This document shows, piece after piece, positions 38,461 to 52,300 of a DNA stretch of 64,000 nucleotides (positions are counted from its first letter, which is position 1; every line of letters starts with the position of its first letter). The stretch comes from Raillietiella orientalis (taxonomy: Eukaryota), in contig JAYWIR010000077.1 in the NCBI GenBank assembly GCA_036172245.1, positions 248,001 to 312,000 of the forward strand, read 5' to 3'. The notes beneath the pieces were generated by a model, which was not told where the DNA came from, made no database searches, and saw only the letters and a list, made by a program, of their open reading frames with translations. A program made the translations under genes and the position numbers.

Positions 38461-38900
38461 TACTAACACAACACAAATCGCCCAGAAACCACATATTTAA
38501 AAAAAAAAAGATGAAATAAAGTAACCAATCAGCTTAGACGACTGTTGGCATAAGACCCAGAAATAAATCCATTGACATCTCTCTTGGATTTTTAAAAATG
38601 TAAGTGTTAAACTTTAATTTTTAAAAATGGGCTCAACATCTACAAAATCAACGTAACCATAACAAATATGGTCGGACAAGTTTCAAAATGTTCATTTAAA
38701 GTGATTTATCAATTTTTTGAAAACCTTTATCGCCTTGTAGTGATGAAAAATACAGCACAACACAGCCTTATACTGTGAAAAATTGACCATGGATCATAGC
38801 GCTTATAATGAGAAGTACCTCGTTGGGTTAAACGCTTGCATGTTCCAACTCATGCTCTCCAAAGAATAAACGACTTTGATTGCAGGTGGGGTTTATGAAA

Positions 38901-41900
38901 TCACAAGTAGGATTCGGCCAACTCAAAATCGTGCAAAACAGAGAGAAAGGCTGATATATCCATTTGACATCCGCTCTGAATTCCATCCTGCGTCTCGGCA
39001 GTTACCACCGGGGAATAAATCTTTTGGAACTCCTGAGTAATAGAAGCTAATTGAAGCCTGTCATTGTCATTAGAGTCTTTTTCCCTCGCTTCCAAAATTT
39101 CCTCGTGATGTCGATGGAGACGATGTTCTTCAAGGGCTTTCTTTAGCGTTTCGATTTTAGCATCAGTCTACAGGGAGAGAGATATTACTGCAGACCCACA
39201 GATTCGAAGTAGATAACGAAAGCAAGTAATTTATTTGCTCGTGACACAGTATTTGGTCAGATACCTGGGAAATTTTTTGCTGTAATTCTTCACTTTCATG
39301 CTTCAGTTTTTCATATTTTTCCCAATCTTCTTTCGAAGGAATGCTGTCGGTATATGAACGTGAATCGTGGCGATCCTTGGGATTACGCACTATTTCTACA
39401 ATCTGCAAAAGTACATAATACAAAGTGGCAGCTGTAACGTACAGACCTTTGGCACAAAGATTAATGCCATTGATAAAAAACAACAGAACGTAATGGCAAG
39501 TGCAACAAAAGCAAAAGATGCATCTGGTTGCGATGCAATGACAAAAGTAACTGGTACCGTAATCGCACACAGAACAAACACATTATAAATGGCCATGCCA
39601 ACATAACGTGAATCGTTGACCATTTTCAGTTTCACACTTTGAGTTTCATATGCCAAAAACAGGCCAAACATGAGAAGAAGTCCTTTGTATCCATAAATTA
39701 TTCCTACAGGAATTTCAGTTGTTAATGCAATGCATGCTATCATATTGTTACCAAGCCAAATGGTGTTATTAATGCTTTCACAATGTTCTAGCTCCGGACA
39801 AAGCTGTATGTCTTCTTCAGAGTTTTCAGGAACCTGTAAATTGAAAGTCTGCATAGTACGTTGAAGAGGATCCAATATTTGCCACGGAATCAAAATCAAA
39901 AGGTCGATCAGCAAGAAAGATCCCACCATTGTCCATGGACCATTTGTTTTTTCTCCAGAAAATGAACCAATATCCTTTGCATTTATTTTGCTATGAGTAA
40001 CCATTGTATGAAGACACCACATCTTGCTAAACATAGCTCCAAATGACAACGAGAAACCCAGGCAGAGTACCCAAACACGAGTTTGACAAATGATTGGTAA
40101 AGAACTTGGTGAAACAATGTGTCCATCAATACCCAAAAGACAGACACTAAGTAATAATAAGATGATACCAATCAAAATCAAGTTGTTGCATGCTGGCTGA
40201 GATAAGTAGATTAACCTAAAATCTTGTTCCAGACAAATGGCAAGAACAATGCAATGTGCACCTTCGATGCTGATAATGCAAATTGAAGCCCAACAAACTT
40301 GCAGCCCAGAGGATTCCTATGAAACACAGCACACAAATGCTGATATACAAATCCATAGAGACAGTCCGCAATACACTACGAATAATTGTACGATCAGGGG
40401 GTAGTTTCCCTCCTAACAAATAATAGTGAAAATTTTTAAATTTGCACTCATTTACCTAGCCAGTGCTCCTTATCCAACCATATCAAGCGGTCAGAATGTG
40501 TATCATAATAGCCCAGCTTCTGATAATTTCCGTTCACCATTTGCTCTACTTGAGTCCATGCAATTCGATCACCTCTTGAACTAAATGCCACTGTGCCCTA
40601 ATTGCATCATAAGTTGTCTAGTCATTTATTCCTTACCGAAATGCCCAAAAATTGGGTGCTATTCATAGCAGCATACAGTACATCAGCAATATGTTTATTG
40701 TTATATGAGAAACTCTCTAGACTTTCATTTTGCTGCTGCAAGATGTACATAGTCCTGTTCAGAGCTGTTTCAAATAACATCAGAATAGCCATCATTTGAA
40801 CCTGATACCTAAAGCACTGGCCCACACAGCATCATAAGCTAAAGGTGCTTCCTGATATCCTTCGGGATACTGATTGTTAGTCAAATTATAGCCATTTTCA
40901 ATGAGAGCATGATCAAGCCTCTTCCTGAAATCATCTGAAGTCTATAAAAAAAAAAACATGCAATAAAAAGAAATCCAGCAAAATATAATAAGCACCATTC
41001 CAGATATGGCGACCTGATTTTCTCGATTCCACATGAGTGCCTCTGTGGTTAGATGTCCTTCAACTACATGCTTCATATTTTCCTCAGTACAGGAAAGTCC
41101 TTCTTCATTTAGGGACATCTTATACCAATTGTCCTCATACCAACCTTCTTCAGACTACTAATTTGTACTCATAATTTAACTTACCAATCAAGAACCACAC
41201 AAATGATTTGCCATATAAACCTAGTTGGAATACTTCACACATCACACGCCGAGCAGCTACCACATAAAAAAGCCCCACTATGATTCGTGCATCCTGACGA
41301 CGTAAATTCCGGAGAGCATCAGAAGGATCAGTAAGAAAGCTCTGCCTTGTTAGGATTTCAATACCTGCTTCTTTGCAGCGCATCTCTAGATCTTCAACTG
41401 TCTAATGACAAGCTTGTTTAATGTATTGACTACAAAATATTTAATAATTCATACAGATATGAATACTTCCTCAGCCTGTAATAAAATAGCAATGCGAGAC
41501 CAACCAAACTTCTGAAACAATTTAACTCTGGTTGGGTTGTGCACATTGGCGGAAGGATGAGTACGAAAAAAAGTATTGAAGCGTCCTCGATCAGATAATG
41601 CTGGTGAGCTTGCTCCATAAGATACCTAGGGTTAGCAAATACAAAATATTTGAAATATAAAACTTTGCATTCCTTTCTAATGATTGAAAATATTTTGATT
41701 TTCGGAAATAAAAAAAAACATTCCCATGTAAAACAGAGATAAACGGAAAAAATTAACAATGATTAAACCAAAGACAATGGCTGTATTTAATTTTGCTACA
41801 GAATGTAATTATTGTAGCTGCATAATATTAACTACAGTCAATTGTTAACTCTGCAAACTTTTATATTATAGTAAGATTTCAAACCGTGAACCCTGGAAAA

Positions 41901-44864
41901 ATGAGCTTTCATTAAAATACAAATCAAACACACTTGATTAAATAGGTTCGTAAACGCTAATTTTTCATTAAACAACGGTTTAAACTTAAGACTTTTTTTT
42001 TCTCGTTTCTTGTTGATAGCGGACTTCAACACTGTTTTTTATATGTCCAAAACCCTGAAGAAACAATACTACATTAAGCATAAACAATTTGATTATCACT
42101 AAGCTATCTTGAACTTGGTTCAAGTATACATTTTTGACAGCTTTTTATTCCTTCCATTCATCGATTACAACTGTTTATTCTAATAGAAATCTTATTCAAC
42201 AATAACAATATGATGACTGCAGCTTACATCCACATGAAAACAAAATATTTATAAAGCATACTTTGAAAGTCACTTAAAAAACGAATATTGTCCCATATTC
42301 CCTTCTTTACTTGTCATTTGTTCCATTCAGTAATAGGTTTATTTTAATTTAAGTTTATCCGTTCTATATTAAGAAGTTTAAGATGTTCAATTTCGATAAA
42401 CACAAGGGATAAGGTTCTGAGAATAAACTTCAGAAAACTTAAAACGTAAAACACCCTTCGATCTTAAGTGCAATAAGGGTAGAAACTTATGCAAACAAAA
42501 ATACATCCATTAATTAGGCAAAATAAATAAATCGAAAAGGTTTCATAAATGAAGTCTTAAATACCTTTAATTATCAAATAATGTTCATGCAAGGAAGGTT
42601 ATCATGATGGAGGGAAGTTATCACAATGACTATGCAAATAAAGGCATACACTCATTTCACAAACAGATAAGCCAAATTGAGTTCACAACATATTCATAGG
42701 CATTACTCTTCTAAGAAATGTATGGATAAAATAAAGATAAAATAAACTTGAAGAAATTACAACAATGAGGTTCCACATTTTTGCAGCTTCTGCTACTGTT
42801 GTACAAACGGTGCTGCAACCAACCAAAAGCATGTGCTTAACAGGCTGATTGTATAATAAATCATATAGCACTGTCAAACCTAGTCCAGGTTCACACTAAA
42901 ATATAAATGAGCACTATTGATAACATACATAAGATCAAAGCATAAGTATATCACAATCAACAGAATACATGTCATTCTTTTGTGCCTTTAACATTGATTT
43001 TAGAATGTTTAATCTAAATTGCTGACAGCAAATCAAGAATGATATGAACCCTTAAACACAAAATTTTCGAGGAATCCATGAGATCCACACTGAAAATAAA
43101 TTACCGCTATCAACAATAAGAACTATGTTATTAAAATACACAATCATAGCTGAATACTATAAATCAGATTCTTGAAATCTGAAAGCATCAACTACTCATG
43201 CTTCACAACTTCAAGTTGAACAAATAAGAATGCATCTTATGCTTGTTAGTTCTGAGAATTCGGTTTATACAAGTGCAACTTGAAATATTAACAAATCAAT
43301 ATATGCATTGCATTACTTAAACCAAGGAAAAACTTGCTCAGTTGTCAATTAAATAATTTTGGAAACTACTCAACATTCTGACCCAGATTAACTGAAATGA
43401 TTGGACCTTTTGGATTAATCAGCTGTCCAGCTGTCTTTGACATTCAGGGATTACTGGCATATCAAGCATGGCAAGAAAGTGGAAAAACATGAACTTGTCA
43501 AGAAAAACTAAACCCTACATGGAAAAAAAGCTTTATTAACTGGTAAAAAGCAAAGCTATTTTTCAAAGTTCAGTACTGATCTCATGTACTTGCTCAAGGA
43601 TACCAAATTACATTTACATATATGATTGCAAAAACAAAAAGATATTTAGTTTTAAAAGTGAAATAGCGATGATCAGTTTTTTTGGAAAAAAAAAAAAAGT
43701 TTATTGAATTCCGATAAAATGTCAATTAATTGAACACATTGGTTCAGTAGAAAATAAGTTTCAAACATATCATATCAAGAACTTCTCAAGAACTCAAAGC
43801 CATTTGATTGTATTTACAAAAGAATTTGAACCCAGTTTTTGCATGCCTGATGTATTCCTCATGCATACAAATCAAGCTCATTAATTTACAGTTACAGTTC
43901 CTAAAAGTCATGGTCTAATTAGTTTGATGCATGTAATACTACTGATGTGATAATTCCATTCTGCTATTCTTTAAAATTAAAAAACCAAATACCAACAATA
44001 ATTTGAAAACAGCATACACTTGTATATTCACTTTTAATCTGAAAAATGTTTCAAATATTCTCAATACAAATGTTCAAAAACAGATTAATTTTTTCAAAGT
44101 TAATCCATTACCTTGCTATCATTCCAGGTCAAACTCAGTGTATAGTCAGGTAAAAGATCCTTATGCTTGTTAACATCCTCAAGTGCCAAGATTGCTGCTG
44201 ATAAACACGCCTAGGTATAATATTGAAAAATATTAGCAAACCCTGACATACTGTACTGTGTAAAATAAAAATTGTTTATTTCCATTTTTTTTTTTTACAA
44301 GATTTCAAATAATGATGATCTCACTTTTCTGGACTTCTTAATTTAAATTAAAAGATTTAAATGCAGAGATGTAAGATTATCATTCCAAGATCACACTTGT
44401 CAGTTACACAAAAAATTTGAACACTGAAGCAAGAAAACCTCACCAACTATGTGATAAATATGACTACTCAATGAGATTGGAAACACACTGCTGGAAGATT
44501 TGTAATAGACTGAAAAAATTTTCATGCAGATAATGTTCATGCAGTGCATAACTCCATTGCTAAAAATATCAAAACCAAACTACAATCTGCAAAATATAAG
44601 TAGATTAATAAATTAAAATTACATTTATATGCAAAATTACCCTGTTGGGTAACAACGCAAACTAATCTTACATAAATAAATACACTACATACCATGCATG
44701 ATCAAAAGCTTTACCTGTCCACCTTGCCATCCAGTATTTCCTGTAATAGGAAAGATACCGCCAATGTGTAAAAGTTTTGTTTTGAGCCTTGAAGAATCCA
44801 CACCGGTCAATGTTTTCGTAATTGTGAGAAAGAAAGCAAACTGATGTGTCCATTTCCAAATCAT
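38901..44864 (-). CDS. GABA-B-R1: Metabotropic GABA-B receptor subunit 1; 14 exons (44864-44715, 44210-44112, 42895-42761, 41625-41455, 41401-41185, 41144-40996, 40941-40809, 40764-40637, 40597-40456, 40412-40262, 40215-39752, 39703-39447, 39402-39265, 39167-38901)
   Basis: [80 protein letters not shown], 7TM with [18 protein letters not shown] and [14 protein letters not shown]-terminal coiled coil. Closely follows Drosophila GABA-B-R1. Start ATG is inferred. Confidence 0.97.
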
Positions 44865-46429
44865 AAGTAATAAGATATTTTTAAACTTCAAAGTTTCCCT
44901 AAAAACCTGATTAAAATCAAAAATTAATAGCAAAAACTCAAAACGACTGCATGATTTCATGCAAATAGCTTTCATGTTTTAATTGGACATTGATTTCCGA
45001 AAAAAAAGAAACACGCATTCTATCGTTATATACTGCTTGCATTTTATTCAAAACATAAAAGCATGGAATACCGTCCTGAGAGTGACTCAAACATAAACAC
45101 ATAACCCTAACTGGTTTCCAGATGTCCGAAATGCACTAGTAACATTCTTAACCTAACGTAATGCCAGTATATTCCCGGATATTCTCCAGCTAGTATATAA
45201 GCACGTCCCCTTTCCATTTATGCGAAACACGTGTAATTGAGCATTCCTAAACTTTCAGTACATGTTGTGTTTTTTATTCTTTTAAGATCATTTAGGCACT
45301 TTCAAAACCTATTGACCATTTGGATCCTGATCTACTCGATTTAATTGCACTTGCATTTTCAGTACACTGAATCATCTCGTGCATGAGTTTATAATGGATC
45401 GTCAAAGCACAATCAAAATATTTATATGTGTGCATGCAAATATTCTTTCATAATATTAACATGTTAGGAATTTAAATTACCAATACTTTAATAAACTCGC
45501 AAGCAATAGCAACATACGATCTATTAATATGTAATTCATTCTCATTATTGTCTTAATTCCAGCACTATCTGTCTTGACTGACCATATGACCATGCCTTCG
45601 ATAAGCCACTAAAATATTGATCATTCTTTGGTTCCATAGGCAGAGGAGATTCTATAGCTATTCCTATTGATTCTTCCACCAGTCTGAAATATATATCCTA
45701 AGTGTACCATATATAGTTCAGGACTCTCAAGTTATCGAATAAGTCTGTGATCATAGGATTTTTGTAGTCCATCACAAATTCACTACAGTTTTTACATAAA
45801 ATCACGAGTATATTTTCCTCCCTCCACCTTGATTACGTGCCATCTCTCCTGGAATTGAAATCCTTAAATAACTAGGAACACTACCTAAGTCGATTTTTTC
45901 CATAGCACATCCTTATTTTAATTTTAGGTTTTATTTTTCTATCCATAATTGTACGAGTTTCCGGATTTATTGGTATTATTTGAACATTATAATGTCGTCG
46001 GGGATCTCCCTTACTTGCTATTCATAAAAGGTGTTTTCTTAACTATTGCTGGCTTTATTCCCTGATATCCTCTAATCACAGTCCTATCTGTCAACTATAC
46101 TCTACAAGAAATTCAATTCTTGTCGACATTAGTCCACATAAGCAACTTTTTTCCTTGTTTCTGAATTTTTCTAACTAAATACTGAATGGTATTTCTATAT
46201 TTAAGATTATTACTATTTGAAATTGACTGTTTCTTATGCACTATTACGTTAACGAATTTTTGCTTTGTATCTGAATGCATAATACTATTCATATGAAAAA
46301 GTCATATAGTCATATTCTATGAAAAGTCATATCCTATATTAATTTAACACAGAACAAAAAATGAATTCAAAGGTTTCAAGCCAGATGTCGCGTAGTTATA
46401 TTCAGGTTTTTTAAGTTTGTGAACAAGCA

Positions 46430-47150
46430 ACGGAATTCACGGATTCAAGCATTCTTCATGGGTCCTCTTCAGGGATGAAAGTGAGTTGACAAGTATTTCG
46501 GAATTAGAGGCAGTCAGCATGAATTTACATAAAACTAAGTTAAGCCAAATGGGGAGGCCTCAGCAACTTTGAATGCTTCCTCGAAACCGTGAGCATTTGT
46601 GTTCAAACTTGTGACCTAGAAATGATTTTTCGTACTGTTTCAAACACTTCGATTTTTTTTTACAATTGTTTTGGTACTCGTCTCGCACAGTATTGTACAC
46701 AAAGCTGTTGTGCATATTTGAACTGCTTATCCATAACTGATATGAGGCTTTGAAGAAATTTCATCAATGAGAACACATCCATTGTTATAACCTACTGATC
46801 ATGTCATATTGATCATGAAGTTAATACGTTCAATATTCCTATCCAATGACTTAAGTGTTCTTTGAGCCTTTCTAAATGACCTTCATCTATCAGATATGGT
46901 TATCCATTTCTGAAGCAGTTTGGAAAATCATGTTTTATTCTTACTTCTCCTTTTATTGCTCACAATACAAAGAAAGCGAGTACTCTTTCAAAAGACAAAA
47001 ATCACATCAACTGCACTGTGTGTGCACTGGTGCAATTATGAAACGAAGACGTGGGCATGCGGCCAGATACTATGCAGAACTCCTTTTCACATGACAAAAA
47101 ACGTCTTGGATGCAGCAAATAAGTTAAAACATGCTTTGCGTGATTGCTGA
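46430..47150 (-). mobile_element. Possible P-element/THAP9-like transposase relic
   Basis: RTLKSLDRNIER..CVLIDEISSKPHISY resembles the C..DEMxIKxxLxY motif. Stops present and no TIRs found. Confidence 0.25.
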
Positions 47151-49318
47151 TCTCATGAATTATATCCCTTTACCACTTGTATTTTTTGATTTCTATTTAT
47201 CAACTATAAACACATATTACACATAGCTTAGGAAATAAGAGAAGTTACCCCATAATCAACTCTCCTTGGTATATTTTGCATTCCAAGACAAGTAAAGCCA
47301 AGGAAACTTCCTTTTCATATATTTTTGAAATACACTGGATACTTTCCATTGTTTATTGCCTTGCCTAAAGAATGTAGTTAGTTAATCTTGTAGAAAAAAA
47401 TATTAATATTACTACCATGAAAATTTTGCAGTCAGAAAATTCATAATACATTTTCCACCAGATGTACTCTTTGTCTTTACCAGTCATCTAAACGGCACAA
47501 AATTTAGAGAATGTGAAAATTTGGAGTCCTTTCAACCAGAAAATGAATTTTTTTATGAAGGTTGACTCCTTGTCGTGATCATTCAACTTTTCTGAGAGAC
47601 TCTTTTACAATTTCACTTTCAAAACAAAGCATTATGGGTTTGGGCTGTTTCCTTGATTGCTATCAAAAATGCAAGCAAGCTGTTAATTCATTGTGGATAT
47701 TCATCCACAATAAAAATTCACAATATCCATTGAAGATGAATGAATTTTTTAACTCCTATCTAATAGATCCATGAGGAAATGTTGAAATCACTAATAAGTG
47801 ATGAAATATGTTGTAATAAATACGCAAAAGTTGATCATAGATAATGATGATCACAAATAAGCTTGATATAGGACTAGAGGTTTTCACTTTCAGCTTCGTT
47901 TGTGTTGTCAAATAAGTCAAATAATGGACTAACCGCGTAGTTGCTTCATAGTGGTTTCATTGCAGACTTCTCGAGCAAATAATTTAAATCGTTATTTTAG
48001 TAAAAAAAAAAAATATAAATCACCTATAGTATCCAAATCCAAGCAATTTTGAAGCTCATACTGATTCAGACTTCTATGAAAGCATGTTTTAAGAATGAGA
48101 ATCATATTGACGCATTGTCAGTGAAATGAAGCATATTCAATAATGTAGCAATCAGGTTACATTTAACGAAAAAAGAAATAAAAAAATCTGCCGATGTTGT
48201 AGGGGAAATAGATAACAGTGTTATATTTGGCACAAGTAAATCAGTCATTGAAAACCCTTTACTAAAGTTGTAATGACTTGGTTCTATTAAAAATAATATG
48301 CCTTAATATCCACAAATATGCTCTTAGTCAACTATGATATATTTAGGAATCTATAGATAGTATTCCCAATTTGATGTTTTTTCACTAAACATTTCTGTAG
48401 TCATCACGAAAGTTTGTTCATACCATGTAAAATGTGACATAGATTTGCTCGTTATTCTGTGTCCATAATGGTATCTGGCATTTCCGGATTTTGATGTGTG
48501 CTGAAAAATGAATGTTATGTACGGTAAATCATTCACTTCATATGGCTACCTGTAATGATTTGTGGCCTGGATTTGGAAACATGTTCAAGAAACTGTAAGT
48601 GAATTCTAATCAAATAAGTTCCCATTAGGATCTTAAGAAGATATTGGATTTGTCTTTTGTGGATAAACCACGTATAAGTGGCAGTTTCTGTCGTATGAGC
48701 CTGTACGTTTGATTCGTCCCACATTTCACAACATATTATGCCCACAACAAATGTTGGGCTCAGTTTTCCAGTTAATTTATCTGATGAAGAAAGTGAGCCA
48801 TTCTCATCTTTTTTGTGTGTTATTGCTGTAGTGTGCATGTCTCGTAGCTACTTGCACAACGATGCCATTTGGTGGTCAAGAAGTACAGAAATTGAATAGT
48901 AGCAAATAAAGATAGAAAAGATAAAACTGATTCATTGTATTACCAAAGATGGATTCGTACTTTTGTAAAATTTCTAACTGAAAAAAATCTATTAGAAATC
49001 TTAATGGTTAAAAAATAATAAAAAAATCAATTCCGAATATCGTATAAAAAGGAAAACTTTAGTAATAAACGGTTGAGACTATCATGTGATTGTGTAAACT
49101 GAAATCAGGAAACACAATATTCCAGAATAAAAACGTTTATTAAAGCACAAGCCCATTTGTTGCCCTCTGCAGTGGAAATTGTTTTAAAACTTTTTTTTTT
49201 TGATGTTAGAAGTGTTTTATATGATCTTCTTTATCATAGTTGTGTGAACATGTGCAAAATAGAAAGTCAAGACATGTAATGTATGGAATGAAGCAGTTAC
49301 AAATACCCAAACGTTAAA

Positions 49319-52300
49319 ATGCTATCGAAAAAATTAGCAAAAAAGGACTTGGATTTAGATTGCGATGTTTCTAAGAGTAGCTCAAGTTCTTGTAGTAGTC
49401 TGGAAAATTATCAAGTATTGGATCATTCTTCTCAAGTCCCATATCTAGTTGAATCATTCCAAGCTACGGAGGTAATAATTTTCGAGTAATCTTATTTGGA
49501 TGGGTACAATATACTTGATGCATGTGATCTGATTTTGAGCATTCTGTACATGACAAAAGCTACCTTGAATATTGTGATGTTTTCTGAATTTGTTAATAGA
49601 AACATGAATCATGATATCTGCTGAACTAGTTTTGAAAAGTTTGCTTTCAGTTCAGATTCTATCTTACAAGAATGAATAACTGTGTATGCACCCAGATTCA
49701 GTCATGGTTTCATTAAAGCATGAGTGATCACATACATGTAGGTGCAAAATGAAGCTCTAGCAGCAACTCCTATTATTTTGTTATAGATAATATGGTTTAA
49801 GCTAGTGTACACATTACCTTATGCAGTGTTTAGTTATTTTATACCTTTTTGTTTTTATTCTGCAGATTTCAGTAACCAATAGAAAGAGGAAATTATGGGA
49901 TTCCAATAGTTACATTGGTAGTTTAGATTCATCTACATTTCATAATATTGGCGTTGCAGCCCATAAAAACAACTTGAGAAATAGCTCCTCGGAATCAGAA
50001 AATTTCGTAAATGGAAAGGATATACCAAATTCTGGAGATGGTATGATGCACATATTAGTATGCAAATATTTTAAAAGAGCATGTTCCCAGATGTCCCTGA
50101 AAATACTACATTCAGTCATGATATTGATGATGGTCTGGCAGCAGATTTTGATTATAGCCTTGCTGGATTAGGTGTTGACCTATCTACAACTGCGTATAAT
50201 ATGAGGTAGGTGTTGATGTCTGCTGAAGAGAGTAATAGTATTTTAGCAATTCGTTATTACAAACATTACCTATTATTATGGCTGCTAAAGAAAGGTAGTA
50301 CAAATATATTTTGTATGAAAATTTGTCTAACAGCTAAGAAAGTCCTTTAGAATTTAGAGAAGTTCGAGAAAATGTATTGCAAAATGAAGCACTTGTGAAC
50401 CATGTGCATTCTTTTGAATCTCAAAATCCTTCACATCTAACTCTTACTCACAAGAGCAAACCAAAGTCAAATGCTCAACTACACAGAAGTCTGTGCCACT
50501 CTTGTATTTGTCTATGGAGCAAGGAAGATAGTGCTGTTGCCAAAAGTGAGTTGGATAAAATGAATAACAACAGGAAAAACTTATATTTTAATAGAATGCT
50601 TTCCAAGATCAGAATCTACTCCTAACATATGCCAAGTGAGTTCTCCTCCACCAGTGCTAGTCAATTTAGACTGCCCCAAATTTCCTGATCCAAAAGCATC
50701 TGTTGAATCATTTTCTTCTTTGGAAAAATTTGAATATATTTTGGCTGCGCCTACATCTGTAGCTACCAAAGTTGATGAAGAGCCTATCACTTATTTAAAT
50801 CAAGGCCAACCATATGAATTAGGCCTTTGCTACAAAGGGAGTCAGAAAGGGTTGTTATACAGGACATTAATTCATGTATCATTTGCTGAGCGGCGGCTGC
50901 GTTGTGTAGAGAAGGAAGAGATAGCTAACTGGAAGAAATCCCATCCAAATGACCGTATTCTTGAGATTGATGTTCCTTTGTCTTATGGTGTTATGGAAGT
51001 GATTCAGAATCCTCATCTTCCAAATGTTTGCACAATACTTTGGAATAGTAAAGGAAAAGCAGGAATATATTTGCGAATTCACTGTATAAGTACAGAGTTT
51101 ACAACTAAAAAACATGGTGGGGAAAAAGGTGTTCCCTTTTTGTTAATTGTGGAGACTTTAACTGCTGATCAGTTTGCTCTGCGTGTTAGTTATGCTTCCT
51201 GTCAAGTTAAAGTATTCAAGGTAGGAATGTACTTCCTATGTTTGTTTGATCAAATATTCATTCAGAGAAAATTATCATTCATCTTTGTGCACTTTTTTAG
51301 CTAGATATAGTTTTTACTATCAATTAAAATGATTTTACTGTTAAATTATTTCTACAGATTCTAAGTATCCTTAGCAGGTGGATTCTTTATTTTGAACAAG
51401 TATTATTGCAGACTCAAGCTAGATCATACTAACAGTGATGATTTAGCTATGTTCTGGCTTTCTTTGTTTACCATGTGTTTGTATTGCTAAGTGGAATTCA
51501 ACAAGTATATTAGAAAACATTTTTGAGGGCGAAATTTTCAAAGAATAGGCAAATTTATTTATGGAAACAATAGCCAAAAAAAACTCCTTTGTTAAGGCAA
51601 GCAGAACTAATTAACTTATTCAAATAAAGAGCTTAGAAAGAGAAAGAGGACTGATTTGAGGGAAGTAAGCAATCTGAGTCCTTTCAAACTGCTACAAAGT
51701 GCTTTGCATCTAAAGTGCAAAAATCATGATTGCCTGTGAGATGGCATTTGTTTTAAGCTTTATGATAAGAAAACGAATATTCATAAAAATTAGAAGCAAA
51801 GAAGAATCCTAAACTCCTCTTGAAAGCCAATGTAACCTGTAAAAGTGAGCATATAAGTAGAATGCAGAAAAATCATTACAATGAATGAGTAACTGTTTTG
51901 TAAAATATTCTATGTATTGCAAAAGTTGTAATAGTGAAAGTTATCAGAAAGAAAAATGTTCATAAGAAGCAAAATGCAAAAGCACACCAAATGTGTGAAC
52001 AGGAATCAAATGAATCAATATAAGGATATAATCTGATTTTCAGAAATGAATGAAACCATGTAATAGATGACAGGAGTATGCAAAAGTAAGCAAGTGCAGT
52101 TGAAAACCAGCTTGATCAATAAACAGTAAAACAAAACATTCTTTAGATGTATTTGCAGGAAAGCATTTTTTGAAAACTGAGTCTCATGCAATTTCCTTAT
52201 ATACCATGATCAATATCAAACAGTTGAAGTTGCATGAAACCAGAGTATCATTGTTCGTTCAATGTCTTTAAATGTTCTGCGTGCCTCTTTCTATTTTGCC

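Noticed and set aside
45600..45900. CR1/L2-like endonuclease relic on the minus strand (similar hint at 27700-28250)
   Set aside because: Only one or two vague motifs; too weak without a profile search.
48351..48838. Two adjacent minus-strand ORFs
   Set aside because: No recognisable domain or splice structure.
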